DNA of 64,000 nt from Octopus sinensis (GCF_006345805.1 NC_043002.1:7874001-7938000); one strand, 5' to 3'; shown: positions 12,062 to 26,177, numbered from the stretch's first letter. Program-made: numbers and translations. The notes: generated by a model from the letters alone, not told the origin.

Positions 12062-12064
<3 letters not shown>
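11842..12064 (+). mobile_element. Helitron copy 3 (short non-autonomous)
   Basis: TCTACTATATATTTGTG start abuts copy 2. Hairpin CCGAATGAAATCGG (12039-52), then GTTATAATACC. Confidence 0.7.
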
Positions 12065-12101
<37 letters not shown>

Positions 12102-12479
12102 GGTCCCGGGTTGAGTCGGGGTTAACCACAGTAAATAAGGTACTCAATACATAGCAGAGTAAATTAATTTATTTTATAGAAGAGCTTCTTGATGATTTCT
12201 TTTGAATGAAACAGTTCTAGTCCTGTAGAAGCTCCTTCTATAAAATAAATATATATATATATATATATATACTAGGTCTGGTCAATAAGTAACCGGACTG
12301 TTGCCATAGTAACAAAACTAAAGCGCGCAGAGTGAAACTGCTTGACACAGATTGACCTTGAACTTTGCTGTGCATGTGCACTAAGTTTTGATGTTCTGGT
12401 TCACTTCTGCTGTTTACAACAGTGCTTCGAATTAACGTATGTAGCGTGTAATCATTGCATTGATCATGACAGAGAAAGT

Positions 12480-12888
12480 TGTCATGGCGATACCTGCTCA
12501 GAGGCCAACGCAAAGTTGCAGAAAGTGTATGGAGAGGAGTGTATGCGCCACACACAAGTGTACGAGTGGTTCAGACGTTTCCAAGATGGCAGAAAAAGTG
12601 TCGATAGTGACGAACGTACTGGGAGGCCCGCAACAAGCAGAACGGAGAAAAGCATCATAGATGTGCGTGCAGCTGTGAGGGGAAATCGTCGAATCACCAC
12701 CCGTGAGTTATCAAAGACTGTGCAGATTAGTTACGGTTCAGTTTAGTCCATTATCACTGAAGATTTGAGTATAAGATGCGTGTCTGTCGAGTTTGTACCA
12801 AAACTGCTTTCAGCTGACCAAGAAGACACTCGGGTTTCAGTTGAACAAGATCTTCTTGAATGTGTCGAGAACGATGAAAACTTTTTGA
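12480..12888 (+). pseudogene. Mariner transposase N-terminal HTH region (stop-disrupted)
   Basis: LQKVYGEECMRHTQVYEWFRRFQDGRKSVDSDERTGRP..ISYGSV*SIITEDL..FVPKLL (WVPxxL-like motif). Confidence 0.9.
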
Positions 12889-13405
12889 GGATCTTTTCGG
12901 TTTGACCGGCAGTTTTTTCTAGCGGTGTCATATGAAATTGTCACCCATAATTATGACTCTAGCATCGACCTATTGCATTTCAATCTGTTTTAGGGTTAGG
13001 GTTAGAGTTAGGGTTAGTTAGGGTTAGGGTTAGGGTTAGAGTTAGGGTTAGTTAGGGTTAGGGTTAGGGTTAGAGTTAGGGTTAGTTAGGGTTAGGGTTA
13101 GGGTTAGGGGTGGGGGAAGGGTATCTTTTTTCTTCAGAAATGTAAATAAACCTAATCTGTTTCTTAAACGAGGAACATATTCATACAGCACAGAATGTTT
13201 TCACCTCAATAGACGTCCATTGATTGGTTAAAATTGCAGAAATTGAAGAAAAACAACAACAAATATCTTACAAACTATAGAATTTTCTCAATAAAGCCAA
13301 GAGAAAAAGATGTTTTATAAACACATTCTACCAGTATACGAAGTTTAAAAGTGTTTAGTTACGTGGAAATTATTTAAAAAACTGCCGGTCAAACCGAAAA
13401 GATCC
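12889..13405. mobile_element. MITE with ~29-bp TIRs and 8-bp TSD, nested in mariner, carrying telomeric repeats
   Basis: GGATCTTTTCGGTTTGACCGGCAGTTTTT ... AAAAACTGCCGGTCAAACCGAAAAGATCC. TSD CTTTTTGA/CTTTTAGA. Confidence 0.9.
12990..13109 (+). repeat. Interstitial telomere-like (TTAGGG)n array with 34-bp higher-order unit
   Basis: (TTAGGG)3-TTAGAG-TTAGGG-TTAG period repeated about 3 times. Confidence 0.95.
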
Positions 13406-13862
13406 CTTTTAGAAAACTTGCGTAGGCCTCTGAGTATGAATCACCAAGGTTTTGGCAAAAGTTGATGCAGATTCTCTGCTCAACTTTCTTTGTGGTGGTC
13501 AAAGCGACGATCACACGCTACACACAATTACTTCCATGCACATTCACGGCAGAGTTCAACGTCAATCTGTGCCAAGTGTCTTCACTCTGCATGCTTTAGC
13601 TTCGTTACTATGGCAATAGTCCGGATACTTATTGATAAGATCCCGTATATGTGTATATACATATATGTGTGTATCTGTTTACGCATACGCATATAATGCA
13701 GACAGACATATATATACATACATATACCTAAATATACATATACATATATATACATAAATATACCTATCTTAACGTGTGTGTGTGTGTGTGTGCTTACGCA
13801 TACGCATATAATGCACATACACATATTTATACATACATGTATTATATAAATATACCTATCTT

Positions 13863-13913
<51 letters not shown>

Positions 13914-14120
13914 AGCATTGTTATACAAGCTTTTTTAGTTTCCCTCCTTTTATATTAACGTATTTATCCATGTTTAAGGTGTGTTGTAGTCAGTTAACAC
14001 TGAGATTTATGACGAGAGAAATTCTATAGTATATAGTTCCGCGTCTCACCGCCAGAGAACATTTTAATGTTTTAGCTTCCACAACAGATATCAATCGACA
14101 CAATTCATTAGAGTCTCAAA

Positions 14121-14695
14121 GGCGGCGAGCTGGTAGACACGTTAGCACGTTGGGCGAAATGCTTAGCGGTATTTCGTCTGCCGTTACGTTCTGAGTTCAA
14201 AGTCCGCCGAGGTCGACTTTGCCTTTCATCCTTTCGGGGACGATAATTTAAGTACCAGTTACGCACTGGGGTCGATGTAATCGACTTGATACCTATGTCT
14301 GTCCTCGTTTGTCCTCTCTGTGTTTAGCCCTTGGGGTAGTAAAGAAATAGGTATTTCGTCTGCCGTTACGTCTGAGTTCAAATTCCGCCGAGGTCGACTT
14401 GCTTTATCATCTTTCGGGGTCGATAAATTAAGTACCAGTTACGCAATGGGGTCGATATAATCGACTTAATCCGTTTGTCTGTCCTTGTTTGTCCTCTCTG
14501 TGTTTAGCCCCTTGTGGGTAGTAAAGAAATAGGTATTTCGTCTGCCGTTACTTTCTGAGTTCAAATTCCGCCGAGGTCGACTTTGCCTTTCATCCTTTTG
14601 GGGTCGATTAAATAAGTACCAGCCACGCACTGGGGTCGATCTTATCGACTGGCCTCCTCCCCAAAAATTTCGGGCCTTGTACCTAGAGCAGAAAA
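14121..14695 (+). mobile_element. SINE family A head-to-tail trimer
   Basis: Internal restarts at 14350 and 14532 (AAAGAAATA|GGTATTTCGTC). The third unit has the alternative tail. Confidence 0.9.
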
Positions 14696-14749
14696 AAAAT
14701 AAAGTGATAACGTCTTAATAATTTGTGCGTAATACGTATTTCATAACTA

Positions 14750-15110
14750 TAAGACTGCGAACTGGCAGGATCTTTAACAAGCCGGAGCAAAATGCTAAGC
14801 GGCGTTTCGTCTATCTTAATGTTCAGTGTTCAAATTTCGCAGAGGTTGTCTTTACCTTTCGTCCCCTCGGAATCGATAAAATAAGTACCAGATGAGCAAT
14901 AGGGTCGATGTAATCGACTTACTCCCTTTCCCGAACTTGCTGGCCTTGTACTAAAATTTGAGACAAATAAATATTTAATGACTATAAATTAGAACTTTGA
15001 ACAAGATGCCTTGCTGCATTCAGTTACAGCCCTATGCGTTCCGAGTTCAAACTCAGCAGAGGTTAACATTGCTTTACATCCTGACAGGGTCGATAAAGTA
15101 AAGTACCAGA
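14750..15110 (+). mobile_element. Older diverged SINE A copies/fragments
   Basis: Degenerate gcgaactggcagg..gttcaaatt..gtcgatgtaatcgact, plus a second fragment at ~15030-15110. Confidence 0.65.
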
Positions 15111-15516
15111 AAATCAACGGGAATTGAACTGAAAGCGCGAAGACCGAGAACAAAAGCTGCAACTCATGTCATCGGAGACTCTAACAACTGCACCAATCCC
15201 AAAAGGGCGAAAGATTTCGTTCAGTTACCCGCCTTAGCCATCACCCTAATATCTTCAAAAGGAAAAAATAATGGTAAGACACACTTCATTGCGTAGTCCG
15301 GATGACATGAATATATTCAAAATAGAATTACTTCTTCGAGGTTGTCCTGGGGCAAATGCATCACAATGACGACGATAGCGACAGAAACGAACCAACAGCA
15401 AACTGCAGAGGAACTTCCTCAATGTTATACAATCAAACATCTAAAATTAAACAAAGATCATAATAACGATTGCTTCTTACCAAGGCACAAGGTCAAGAAT
15501 TTGCAGAAGACGATTA

Positions 15517-15801
15517 GGACCTTTTTGGTTTGAACGGCAGATTTTTTAAATAATTTCATTGTAACTAAAAAATTTTAAACTTCGTATACTGGTAGAATAT
15601 GTTTATAGACGTCATTGATTGGTTGAAATTGCTGAAATTGAAGAAAATATCTTTAAAATATCTTACAAACTACAGAATTTCCTTAAGAAAGCCAAGAGAA
15701 GAAAATGTTTTATAAACACATTCTACCAGTATACGAAGTTTAAAATTTTTTAGTTAGATAGAAATTATTTTAAAAATCTGCCGTTCAAACCGAAAAGATC
15801 C
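15517..15801. mobile_element. MITE of the same family as 12889-13405, with perfect 8-bp TSD
   Basis: GACGATTA at 15509-16 and 15802-09. ~75-bp inverted arms. No TTAGGG cargo. Confidence 0.9.
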
Positions 15802-16464
15802 GACGATTATATCTACCATTAGCATTTGTTTGGGAGTTTATCGATCCTAGAAGAACAAAAAGCAAATTTGACATCGGGAAGATTTCGACTCTGAAGTTCC
15901 AGAAGAAATATTTAAAAACAAAAAATGAAAGCTAAATCTTGATAATACAGAAAGGGCCGATGAGGGTGTATAACATTGCCACATTACACAAAATATGAGT
16001 TTCTAACATGTTGCGTATATGTGTGTGTTTGTGGTCTACAGAAAAAACTTATATGAAGAGCATGAACGACATCGCATCTCATTTCAGAAGGTATTCGTTT
16101 TATGTTCCAAATAAATAAATGTTTTCAGGATTTATATAAGAAAACATCGGATTTTGTCAGCTATAAGGAAATTAAATACACGTAAACATCAAGACAAACA
16201 TGTAACACCATACAAAATAGGTAACAAATAAAACAATAAATACGTATAAAAAAAATAACAAAAACTACAGCAAAAAAAATAAAGAAGAAAGAAAATAGAA
16301 ATGCCGACACCAATAAATAGTAACAATAATAAACATAAAATTCAGTCAAGCAACCCCCCCCCCTCACCTCTCTCTCTCTCTCAAAAAAAAAAAAAGACTA
16401 TTTCTGCTTTGAAAGTTGCTTTGTCATTGTGCGTGCCTGTTTCTTTTGTGATGTTTGTGGGTTA

Positions 16465-16481
16465 TAAACACACACACACAC

Positions 16482-16521
<40 letters not shown>

Positions 16522-16588
16522 CACACGCACGCATGCACGCACACACTCACGTACTCATATACACACTCACACCTACTCACACAAACAT

Positions 16589-16626
<38 letters not shown>

Positions 16627-16929
16627 TCGCTCTTTCTCTTTCTTTCTTTCTCTTTTACCCTTTTGCTTGCTCTGTATCTCTCTCTTTCACACACACTCAC
16701 ACATGCACACACAAGTAGACATTTGCTATCTCTCTCTATATATATCTATCTGTCTACATTTCTATCTATCTATCTATTCATTTATCTATCTATCTATCTG
16801 TCTATTTTCTATCTACCTATCTATCTACCTCTATCTATCACCTATCTACTATCTACCTATCTATCTACCTATCTATCTATCTTCTATCTATCTATCTATC
16901 TATCTACTATCCATCTCTATCTATCTATC

Positions 16930-17000
<71 letters not shown>

Positions 17001-17077
17001 TTATCTATCTATTTATCTATCTATCTACCTATCTACCTATCTATATATCTACCTATCTACCTATCTACCTATCTATA

Positions 17078-17164
<87 letters not shown>

Positions 17165-17220
17165 ATCTATGTATCTATCCATTTATCTATCTATCTACCT
17201 ATCTGTCTCTACCTCTCTCT
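16465..17220. repeat. Compound microsatellite (CA)n/(CT)n/(ATCT)n
   Basis: Direct reading. Source of the 321-aa and 308-aa pseudo-ORFs. Confidence 0.95.
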
Positions 17221-17470
17221 ATATATTTATCTCTATCTCTCTCCCTCTTGCTCGCGCTATCTCTAACACGCAAACACACACACACACAATATTCACACGC
17301 GCATATACACTTGCATACACACACACATATTATATTTGTGTGCGCGTGTATGTCTCTTTATGCGTGTGCGTTGTGCTCGTGTGTAATTGTATGTATAATG
17401 TACACGTATATATATATATACATGATGTACACCTATGTATTGTATCTAAACATATACGCACATGTGTGTA

Positions 17471-17595
<125 letters not shown>

Positions 17596-17960
17596 TATAT
17601 ATATAATATACATTGCATATACTCTCCTCTCCCTCTCTTTGTGTGTATAATGTGTGTGTGAGCGCGCACACTGACACAAACACATACATACTCAGGATAC
17701 ACACATATATACATATATACGCTCACACTCACACATGGCTATTTTATTTACACACATACAAACACACACATACACACATATATACATATATACGCTCACA
17801 CTCACACATGGCTATTTTACGTACACACACACACACACACACACATACACGCATATATACATATATACGCTCACACTCACACATGGCTATTTTACGTACA
17901 CACACACACATATTGGTGAAGAATTGATTCTAAACTGGTAAGACAACTTTTGCATTGTTG

Positions 17961-17995
<35 letters not shown>

Positions 17996-18787
17996 TGAAA
18001 GAGAGAGAAGAGGAAGAAATAAAGAGAGAGAAGAGAGGGAGTGAAAGAGAGAGAAGAGGGAGAAATAAAGAGAGAGAAGAGAGAGAAATAAAGAGAGAGA
18101 AGAGGGGGAGTGAAAGAGAGAGCAGAGGGAGAAATAATAAACCAGATTATAACAGGTTTAACCTCTACACATCAAAACATATATGCATTAAACACATATA
18201 TACATGCTAATTTGTACATACATACATATACACCCCATGTCAGCATATACACATGCAGGTGTACAGACAACCGGATGTACGCCTGTGGATATGCTGTATA
18301 TAAGTTTCCTAACAACAAATTAAACTTAAACTATTGTATGAATAAGATATATATGTATAATTTATGCTCACAAAAATTATTTCTTTTTTCGATTGAATAT
18401 CGATTAGCTGTTTATGCATATGTGTGTTTGTATGTGTGAGTGTGTGTGTGTGTGTGTGTGTGTAAGTAAGTGCGTGAGTTTGCGCGTGTATGTGGAAGTC
18501 TGTGTATTTAACAAGATGTACGTATAGGGTAAAATACTTTAGTTAGACGATGCCCTTCTTCTAGAAATAACAATCAAATTTTCCTCTAACCACACAACAC
18601 TGTTTTAAAAAGAATTACACGCTGAATAATATATGGGCCGAAATAGACAATGACTAAAAGAAATCCCTAAAATAGACAGAAAGGTCATAACTGGAGCGCT
18701 GAAATCGTAGGTCTCACCTACACTGAAGCAAAAGCTTATAGTTTGTGGATATAGACGAAGTACCTGTGTGTGTGTGTGTGTGTGTGG

Positions 18788-18818
<31 letters not shown>

Positions 18819-18837
18819 TGTGTGTGTGCGCGCGCGC

Positions 18838-18870
<33 letters not shown>

Positions 18871-18959
18871 TGTGTGTGTGTGTGTGAGTGTGTGTGCGTT
18901 TGTGTTTGTGTTTGCGCGTATTGTTAATTGTTTGCATGTATGCATGTATGTACCTATAT

Positions 18960-19002
<43 letters not shown>

Positions 19003-19713
19003 GTGTCTGTGAGTGTGTGTGTGTGTAAAAGAAAAGAAAATGGAGATTAGGTTGTTGATTGTTTCATTATTTAACAACAAAGCGAAGATTACCAATTTGT
19101 TATTATTAATAATAAACAATTATTAACTTCCTTTTCTTTTCTTTTAAATGGATACAAATTATATGCTTAATATATGCCTATTGCTCCAAGGGATTTTCAT
19201 TCCCCAAGAATACAAAGTATTGAACCAGTATCCCCTTGGATGCAAGCATCCCTTCATGAGGTTAATATATCCTCTAATTAAATTTATATAAAAGCATTCG
19301 GCAAACCCTACTTTTTTTCCATCAATGACTTTTATGCTCCAATATTAGACTATTTACCTTAATCAATGCACGCTGATCGCGAAGTTTTAAGCTTATATTT
19401 TTTTTTTTTTTTGTTTTTTTTGTACTTGTTTCAGTCATTACTGCGGCCTGCTGGGCAACCGCCTTTATGGTGAATATACACAGGGATACCACCATCCCCT
19501 GCCGATCGTGGAGCTTTTGGTGTTTTTTTTTAATAAACACACACACAACGCCCGGTCTAATCGACCGCGATCAATCCGCTCCCTACCACTGGCCATTGCG
19601 CCTCCCATATATACATACATCACATATATACATATATAACATATATATATATATACACACATATTTTAATATATATATATATACCACCACACACACCACA
19701 ACACCACGCACAC

Positions 19714-19752
<39 letters not shown>

Positions 19753-19753
<1 letters not shown>

Positions 19754-19950
19754 AGAGTTTACGAAAAAATCAAAAGACGAAGACAAGTGGTATACAAAAC
19801 AAACAGATGTATTAGTATAACGCTCAGGAATAGAAAAATTCTTTTACATTTCGAGCCTACGATCTTCTACAGAAAGGAATACAGAAAAAACATGGAGAGA
19901 AACAAGGAGAGAAAAAATGTATGTAGTGGCTAACGGTCTATCATGGCGAC
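19753..19950 (-). mobile_element. Repeat family E copy 2 (HHR-like motif degraded)
   Basis: Same sequence as 8865-9025, with mutations in stems II and III. Confidence 0.75.
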
Positions 19951-20830
19951 TCATATATATATGTCTGTGTGTGTGTGTGTGTGTACGTACGTATGTATGT
20001 ATGTGTGTATGTATGTATGCATGTATGTAACGGACTGTTATTTAAACATATCTTTTTACGATTAATGAATCTTTACGGCGAGAAGCCAAGTTTAACGTAG
20101 TTGTTAGCAACATGTAACGGATGCCATGTTGATGATATTGAAGAAGGGAAATATGAACAGTGGTCGAAGGTGATGTTGACTCCAACTTTTATATCCGACA
20201 CTTTATGTAAGGCCATACCACGGCGGTCTGGCATCTATATATATATAAAAATGAGAATGTGTATGATGTATGCGTGTATGTGTGTGAGTGTGTGTGTGCG
20301 TGTGTGTGTGTGTGGTGTGTGTGTGTGCGTGCGTGTCAGTCTGTGTGTCTGCATGTGTACATCACTAAAACAAGAACTACTCAACCGATTGCATTCAAAC
20401 TTTACACATGCCTTACTTGGACTCCATACAATGTCATGGGCTAAACAATTTTCAACTTCTTGCTTAATGCGAGCCCGGAGCAATCTCTTACTTGCACTAT
20501 TTCAATATTAGGTGTCAAAAGTGAAACAATAACATCTTTGTTGTAATGTGAGATAATACTTTCAGCTTAATTCTTTCCCTATAAACACTTATTAAAATTA
20601 AACCTATTATCTCACATATACATACATATATATAAATATATATATATATATTCACACGCGCATATACACTTGCATACACACACACATATTATATTTGTGT
20701 GCGCGTGTATGTCTCTTTATGCGTGTGCGTTGTGCTCGTGTGTAATTGTATGTATAATGTACACGTATATATATATATACATGAATGTACACCTATGTAT
20801 TGTATCTAAACGTATACGCACATGTGTGTA

Positions 20831-20871
<41 letters not shown>

Positions 20872-21331
20872 CGTATACTCTCTCTATCTCCCTCTCTTTT
20901 CTGTGTATATATGTGTGTGTGCGCGCGCATCAGACACCAACACACACATACTCACGGATACACACATATATACATATATATAACCTCACGTCACACTGCT
21001 ATTTACGTACGCACACACAAACACACACATACTCACATATGCACACATATATACATATATACGCTCACACACAAACACACACATACTCACACATACACGC
21101 ATATATACATATATACGCTCACACTCACACATGGCTATTTTACGTACGCACACACAAACACACACATACTCACACATATATATATATGCATGTACATCTG
21201 CACATATGTATGAGTATATACGTGTATACATGTATATGTATAGATGTATATGTGTACATGAATATGTATAGATGTATAAGTATAGATGTAAAAGTATATA
21301 TTCATATACATATATATATATATATATATAG

Positions 21332-21364
<33 letters not shown>

Positions 21365-21488
21365 TTACATGTATATATATATGCATATATGTATGTATAT
21401 ATATATGCATATATATATGTATAAATATCTGTATGCATGTATATATTTGTATATATATGTGAACGAACATATATGTGAACGAACATAA

Positions 21489-21719
21489 GGCGGCGAGCTG
21501 GTAGAAACGTTAGCACGCCGGGCGAGATTCGTAGCCGTATTTCGTCTGTCGTTACGTTCCGAGTTCAAATTCCGCCGAGGTCGACTTTGCCTTTCATCCT
21601 TTCGGGGTCGATAAATTAAGTACCAGTTACGCACTGGGGTCGATGTAGTCGACTTAATCCCTTTGTCTGTCCTTGTTTGTCCCCTCTGTGTTTAGCCCCT
21701 TGTGGGTAGTAAAGAAATA
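21489..21719 (+). mobile_element. SINE family A, full length
   Basis: Matches the consensus end to end. Confidence 0.9.
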
Positions 21720-22934
21720 TATATATATATATATATATATATGGATGTATATATATGTGTATATACATCTGCTCATATATATGTATGTATATATATAGAT
21801 GCATATGCATAGATGTATATGTATAGATGTCGTTTAATTCGACTATAATCACTTCAAGGTGGTGCCCCAGCATGGCCGCCGTGTAATGACAGAGACAAAA
21901 AGTAAAAGACATATTTGTCTGCGTGAGCGTGCGTATGCATGCGCGCGCGCGTGTGTGTGTGTATGTGTCTGTATTTGTTTCTTCTTATGCGAAGTTATGA
22001 ATAAAAACTAATTAAAAATTAAGCAGAAGGATTACAATTTACATGTTTATGAGTGTGTGGGGTGAGGGGTGTTTGTGTGTGTGTGTGTGTGTGTCTGTCT
22101 CTGTGTGTGTGTGTGGGTGTGTGGGTGTGTGTGTGTGGGTGTGTGGGTGTGTGTGTGTGGGTGTGTGTGGTGCATGGAATATTTATATATGTACACTTAC
22201 GTACGTGTATGTGACTTTGTAGGAGAGAGATGGCATAATAAAATTTAAATAAATCTAATTAGAGAAGGAAATTTTCGATTCAAGTCCTTTTTTCGTTCTT
22301 GCTTTTATTTTTTCATTTTTATTTCATATCTAAATTTTACAAACTATGTTTCATAAAACGAAATCACCAACGAAATTTAAAATCGATACTGAATTCAGAA
22401 AAGAAAAAAGAAACATACGCTTCAATTTTAACGATTAGAATTGAGTTTCCAGTTTATTTATTTATCTATTTATTTATTATTTATTATATTTATTTATTGG
22501 TTTTATTTATAATTAAAGGGAGTGGGCAGACAGAATCGATACCAAACCGTACAAAATGCTTCGTGGCATTTCTTCTGGCTCTTTGCGTTCCGAGTTCAGA
22601 TGTCGCCTCGGTCGCATTTACCTTTCATCTTTTCGGAGTCAATAAAATAAATACCAGTTGAGGATTGGGGGCAATGTAAACGATTTGACCCCTGACCCTA
22701 AACTTACTGGTCTTGCATCAAAATTTGAAACCATTATATTTTTTGTTGTTGCTTTTCCTAATTTCGCACAGAGACCTCAAGGAACAGTATGTTGGAAATT
22801 TAACAGTATGTATTATTCAGTAATAGCGATGACATCTTGCATAGAAAGGGAACCCATACTAAGAAGATTTTGTTAAAAGGGTTTTAAAGTATCAAGTACT
22901 CTCAGTTTGACAGTGTCTTTATTTTTTAAAGAAA

Positions 22935-25170
22935 TGGGTTATACCCATGAGAACAATCTTTTTTTGTTCTGATTCTTTTTAGTTTCCTTGTAATTATTTG
23001 ACCATAGTGTTTATGAGTGCTATTTGGTATTGTCCCCAAAACACCGATCATCTCTGGTACAGTAGTCATTCTTTAAGGACATTTCTTAGACCATTCCTTC
23101 GTGGTCCTTGCGTTTACTTAACTTTTTAAATGCTGCATTCTACTGGGATTGACATATCTATGTACAAAATTGTTTTGTCAATGTGATCTTTCACCACAGT
23201 ATCGGGTCTATTAGCCTGAATAGCTCGATCAGTTTGAATTCTAAATTTCCAAAAAACGGTTATGTCTTTATTTTTTAGTATTTTTACAGGTTTATCGTCT
23301 CACCAATTCAATTTCAACCTCTTTACTAACAACATTCATGTCATTTGGTATGGCTACATCAATGATCTGACAGTATTTGTCTCTCTTGTTCAATATGACA
23401 ATATCCGGCTGACGGTGTTCGATTACACATAGTCCCAGGGTATCATTACTTTTCCATTCTCCTGCACAACTTTACTTGGTACAAACTCATACCAGTTCTG
23501 TTACTTCATTTTGGTATTTACCGCATAAGAGCCAATGAATTTCTGGGTGTCAGAAGTTATACTTCACTGAATTGGTAACGAGAGCCTAGTCTTGTACAGC
23601 AATGATCAGGCTTTTGATGATACGCTTCAAATCACCTCGCTCAAACCATGCCCTCCGATGTTGTATTATCCTTAATGTCTTGTGTATTGCTTTCAAACTG
23701 TCCATGCATTATCATTTCAAAAAGGTCTTCTTTTCTCTTTTCACCTCTTTGGTTAAACTCTTCTTTGCCTATCATTCTATCTGCATTTACACCCATATCA
23801 TTCGCGGCATATTGCAGCAGGTCTTCATCACTATTTACCAAATACTCGGCAAGCGTTCCCCTTTCACTTCTTATACAATGGTCTTTACAAATTAGTCCTC
23901 TGCCATTATTCTTTCTTTTCATATACAGTCTAAGTTTGATTTAGGGTGTAGCGCCCCATGCTGCATCATCAACTTTCTCGTCCTTCTATCCATTGCTGAT
24001 ATTTCGTCCTTAGTCCATTTGAGGATGGACGCACTATATCTGACCACCGCATCTGCCCAGATATTCATTGCGATAATCAAATTTTGGCATTCAGGTTGGA
24101 TTTCAACACCATCTTTACCATTTTTGATACGCCTCGCTGATATTGACTTTCATTTCTCTGTGTAGAATGTCGTCCAGCTCCAAAATCCCTAAATATCTAT
24201 ACCCACTACCGTCGGGTTCACCCATGGTCTCTCCTAATGGTAACCGCAATCCTCTGCCGGCTGCTTTCTTCCCTCTTTCCATATGAAGTACTTAGCATTT
24301 GGTGATCCCAGAGTTCATACCGATGTCCCTACCACACTTCTGGACTGTTTTGGTTAAGGAATCTGTCTGTTTTTCAGATTTCCCAAACAATTTCAGGTTA
24401 TCCAGAAGCAGAAGATGGGCCTTTCTTCCCACATTGGTAAACCATCTTAACTTTCCTAAGTATCATTTTTATGGGTATTAGTACATTTACAAATAGTAAC
24501 GGAGAAAACGAGTCACCTTGGAATACATTACTTGAGTACAATTTGGTTTTCCACTCTTTCATGCTATGCATCAGAAAATTTGTGATAGTGTCAGCAACAC
24601 CAAATATCTGCAGGTATTCAACGATCCAAGAATGAGGCATCATATCATATGCCTTCTTAAAGTCAATCGAAACCACAGACATGTTTGTATGATGTTTTTT
24701 TTTACAATGCCTCAAAACTGTTTTATCGATGACCAAGTGATCTTTGGTACCCTAAGAACTCTTCCTACATCCTTTTTGTTCTCCTTGGTAGTATTTCTTC
24801 CTGTGCCAGGAAAGTGTATGTCTTTGCCGCACCTATTCCAGTTAGGATCTTCCAGATTATGCTTAGGCATGCTATGCGACGGTAGTTTCCAACAAAATTC
24901 CCCTTTCTTCTATCTTCCATTACAAGTGTTGTCCTCCCAGTCACCATCCACGCGGGGACTGTACCTTTCTGGACACACTCATTCAATTGGGCTGCTAGTA
25001 TTTCATGCACTGCGTGGCATCGCTTCAACCAGAAGCCATGAATCCCATCTGATTCGGGGAATTTCCAGTTAGCCACTTTACCCACTTATTTTTTCACATC
25101 ACCCGTGCTTATGACAATATTCCTTTGTTTCTTTCCTCTTTCTAATTCTTTCTTGATAGTTCCTATCCAC
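22935..25170 (-). mobile_element. 5'-truncated, decayed R4/Dong-clade non-LTR retrotransposon (RT + restriction-like endonuclease)
   Basis: KVANWKFPESDGIHGFWLK, NYRRIACLSIIWKILTG, DFKKAYDMMPHSW, FQGDSFSPLLF, and the RLE motif EHRQPDIVILNK..IIDVAIPND. Many stops and frameshifts. Confidence 0.88.
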
Positions 25171-25195
25171 ATTATTATTGTTATTATTATTATTA

Positions 25196-25240
<45 letters not shown>

Positions 25241-25309
25241 CATTATTATTATTATTATGAGGGATGTTTTCCCCTACGACATGGAACCACTAATGTAAAA
25301 ACCACCAAC

Positions 25310-25520
25310 AGACTTTTAAAGGGCTGTTTAAATGTCCGTGGCCTAGGATCGTCCTGGAAGCAAGGGCATTTGCTCAATGACCTTAGGTCGCTAAGGTTGG
25401 CTGTTATAGCCACCAGTGAGACCAGGTTTTCTGATACGCGCACACTAGCCCGTTTTTTACGCATCTCTGGCTCGACATGATATGGGAGGTGCGGTGGCAA
25501 TACCGCCATTCTATATTTAA
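25310..25520 (+). pseudogene. L1/Tx1-type AP-endonuclease N-terminal fragment
   Basis: CLNVRGLGSSWKQGHLLNDLRSLRLAVIATSET matches LNVRGL..QET. Confidence 0.75.
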
Positions 25521-25671
25521 ATTAAATGTTTTTCGAGTGATGCCAAATATTTTGCTTTTTCATTTTCTATTTTAATGCGTGTGTGTGTGTGTGTGTGTGT
25601 GTGTATCTGTCTATCTGGTTAAAAAGTTACTTTATATTTTCATTTCTTACCTTATATATATTCATTACAAG

Positions 25672-25845
25672 GAGAGTTTACGAAAAAAAACAAAGGACGA
25701 AGACAGGTGGTGTACAAAACAAACAGATATATTAGTATAACGCTCAGGAATAGCAAAAGTCTTTTACGTTTCGAGCCTACGCTCTTCGACAGAAAGTGAC
25801 TCAGAAAAAACAAGGAGAGAAAAAAATGTGTGTGGTGGCTACCGA
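25672..25845 (-). mobile_element. Repeat family E copy 3 (HHR-like motif 25759-25800, core CTGTCGA)
   Basis: Minus strand reads GTCACTTT-CTGTCGA-A-GAGC GTAG GCTC-GAAAC-GTA^AAAGAC. Confidence 0.75.
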
Positions 25846-26177
25846 TTACAACTATGTTTACATGTTCCCATATTTTTTAATAACATTTTCATGAATCCGG
25901 CAGTCTTATATAAAACTCAATTCACTGCAACCGTCGAATACATAAAATAAAAGTTGCCTGCTCGCTTTTGGTCTCCACCTTAAATATTTCTGATCTCAGC
26001 ATGGCCACCTGCAAATGACTGAAAGCATTAAAACAACATGACATTGTACACATGACCTAGTTCGTGGTCTTTCCACCTATGATGATATCCCAGCTTTCTT
26101 CGCTTCTGTTCTTTTCTATACTTTTTCCATTTTTTTTTTTTTTTTTTGCGTCAAGCAAAGCAGCTAGAATATATAGT

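Larger units (their letters stand above)
12272..13645 (+). mobile_element. Internally deleted mariner transposon with TA TSD
   Basis: Imperfect TIRs CTAGGTCTGGTCAATAAGTAACCGGACT / AGTCCGGATACTTATTGATAAGATCCCG flanked by TA. Long subterminal inverted similarity. Confidence 0.85.

Noticed and set aside
20340-20510. Helentron/HINE-like motif (ACTCAACCGATTGCATTCAAACTT) after a microsatellite
   Set aside because: Termini could not be defined.
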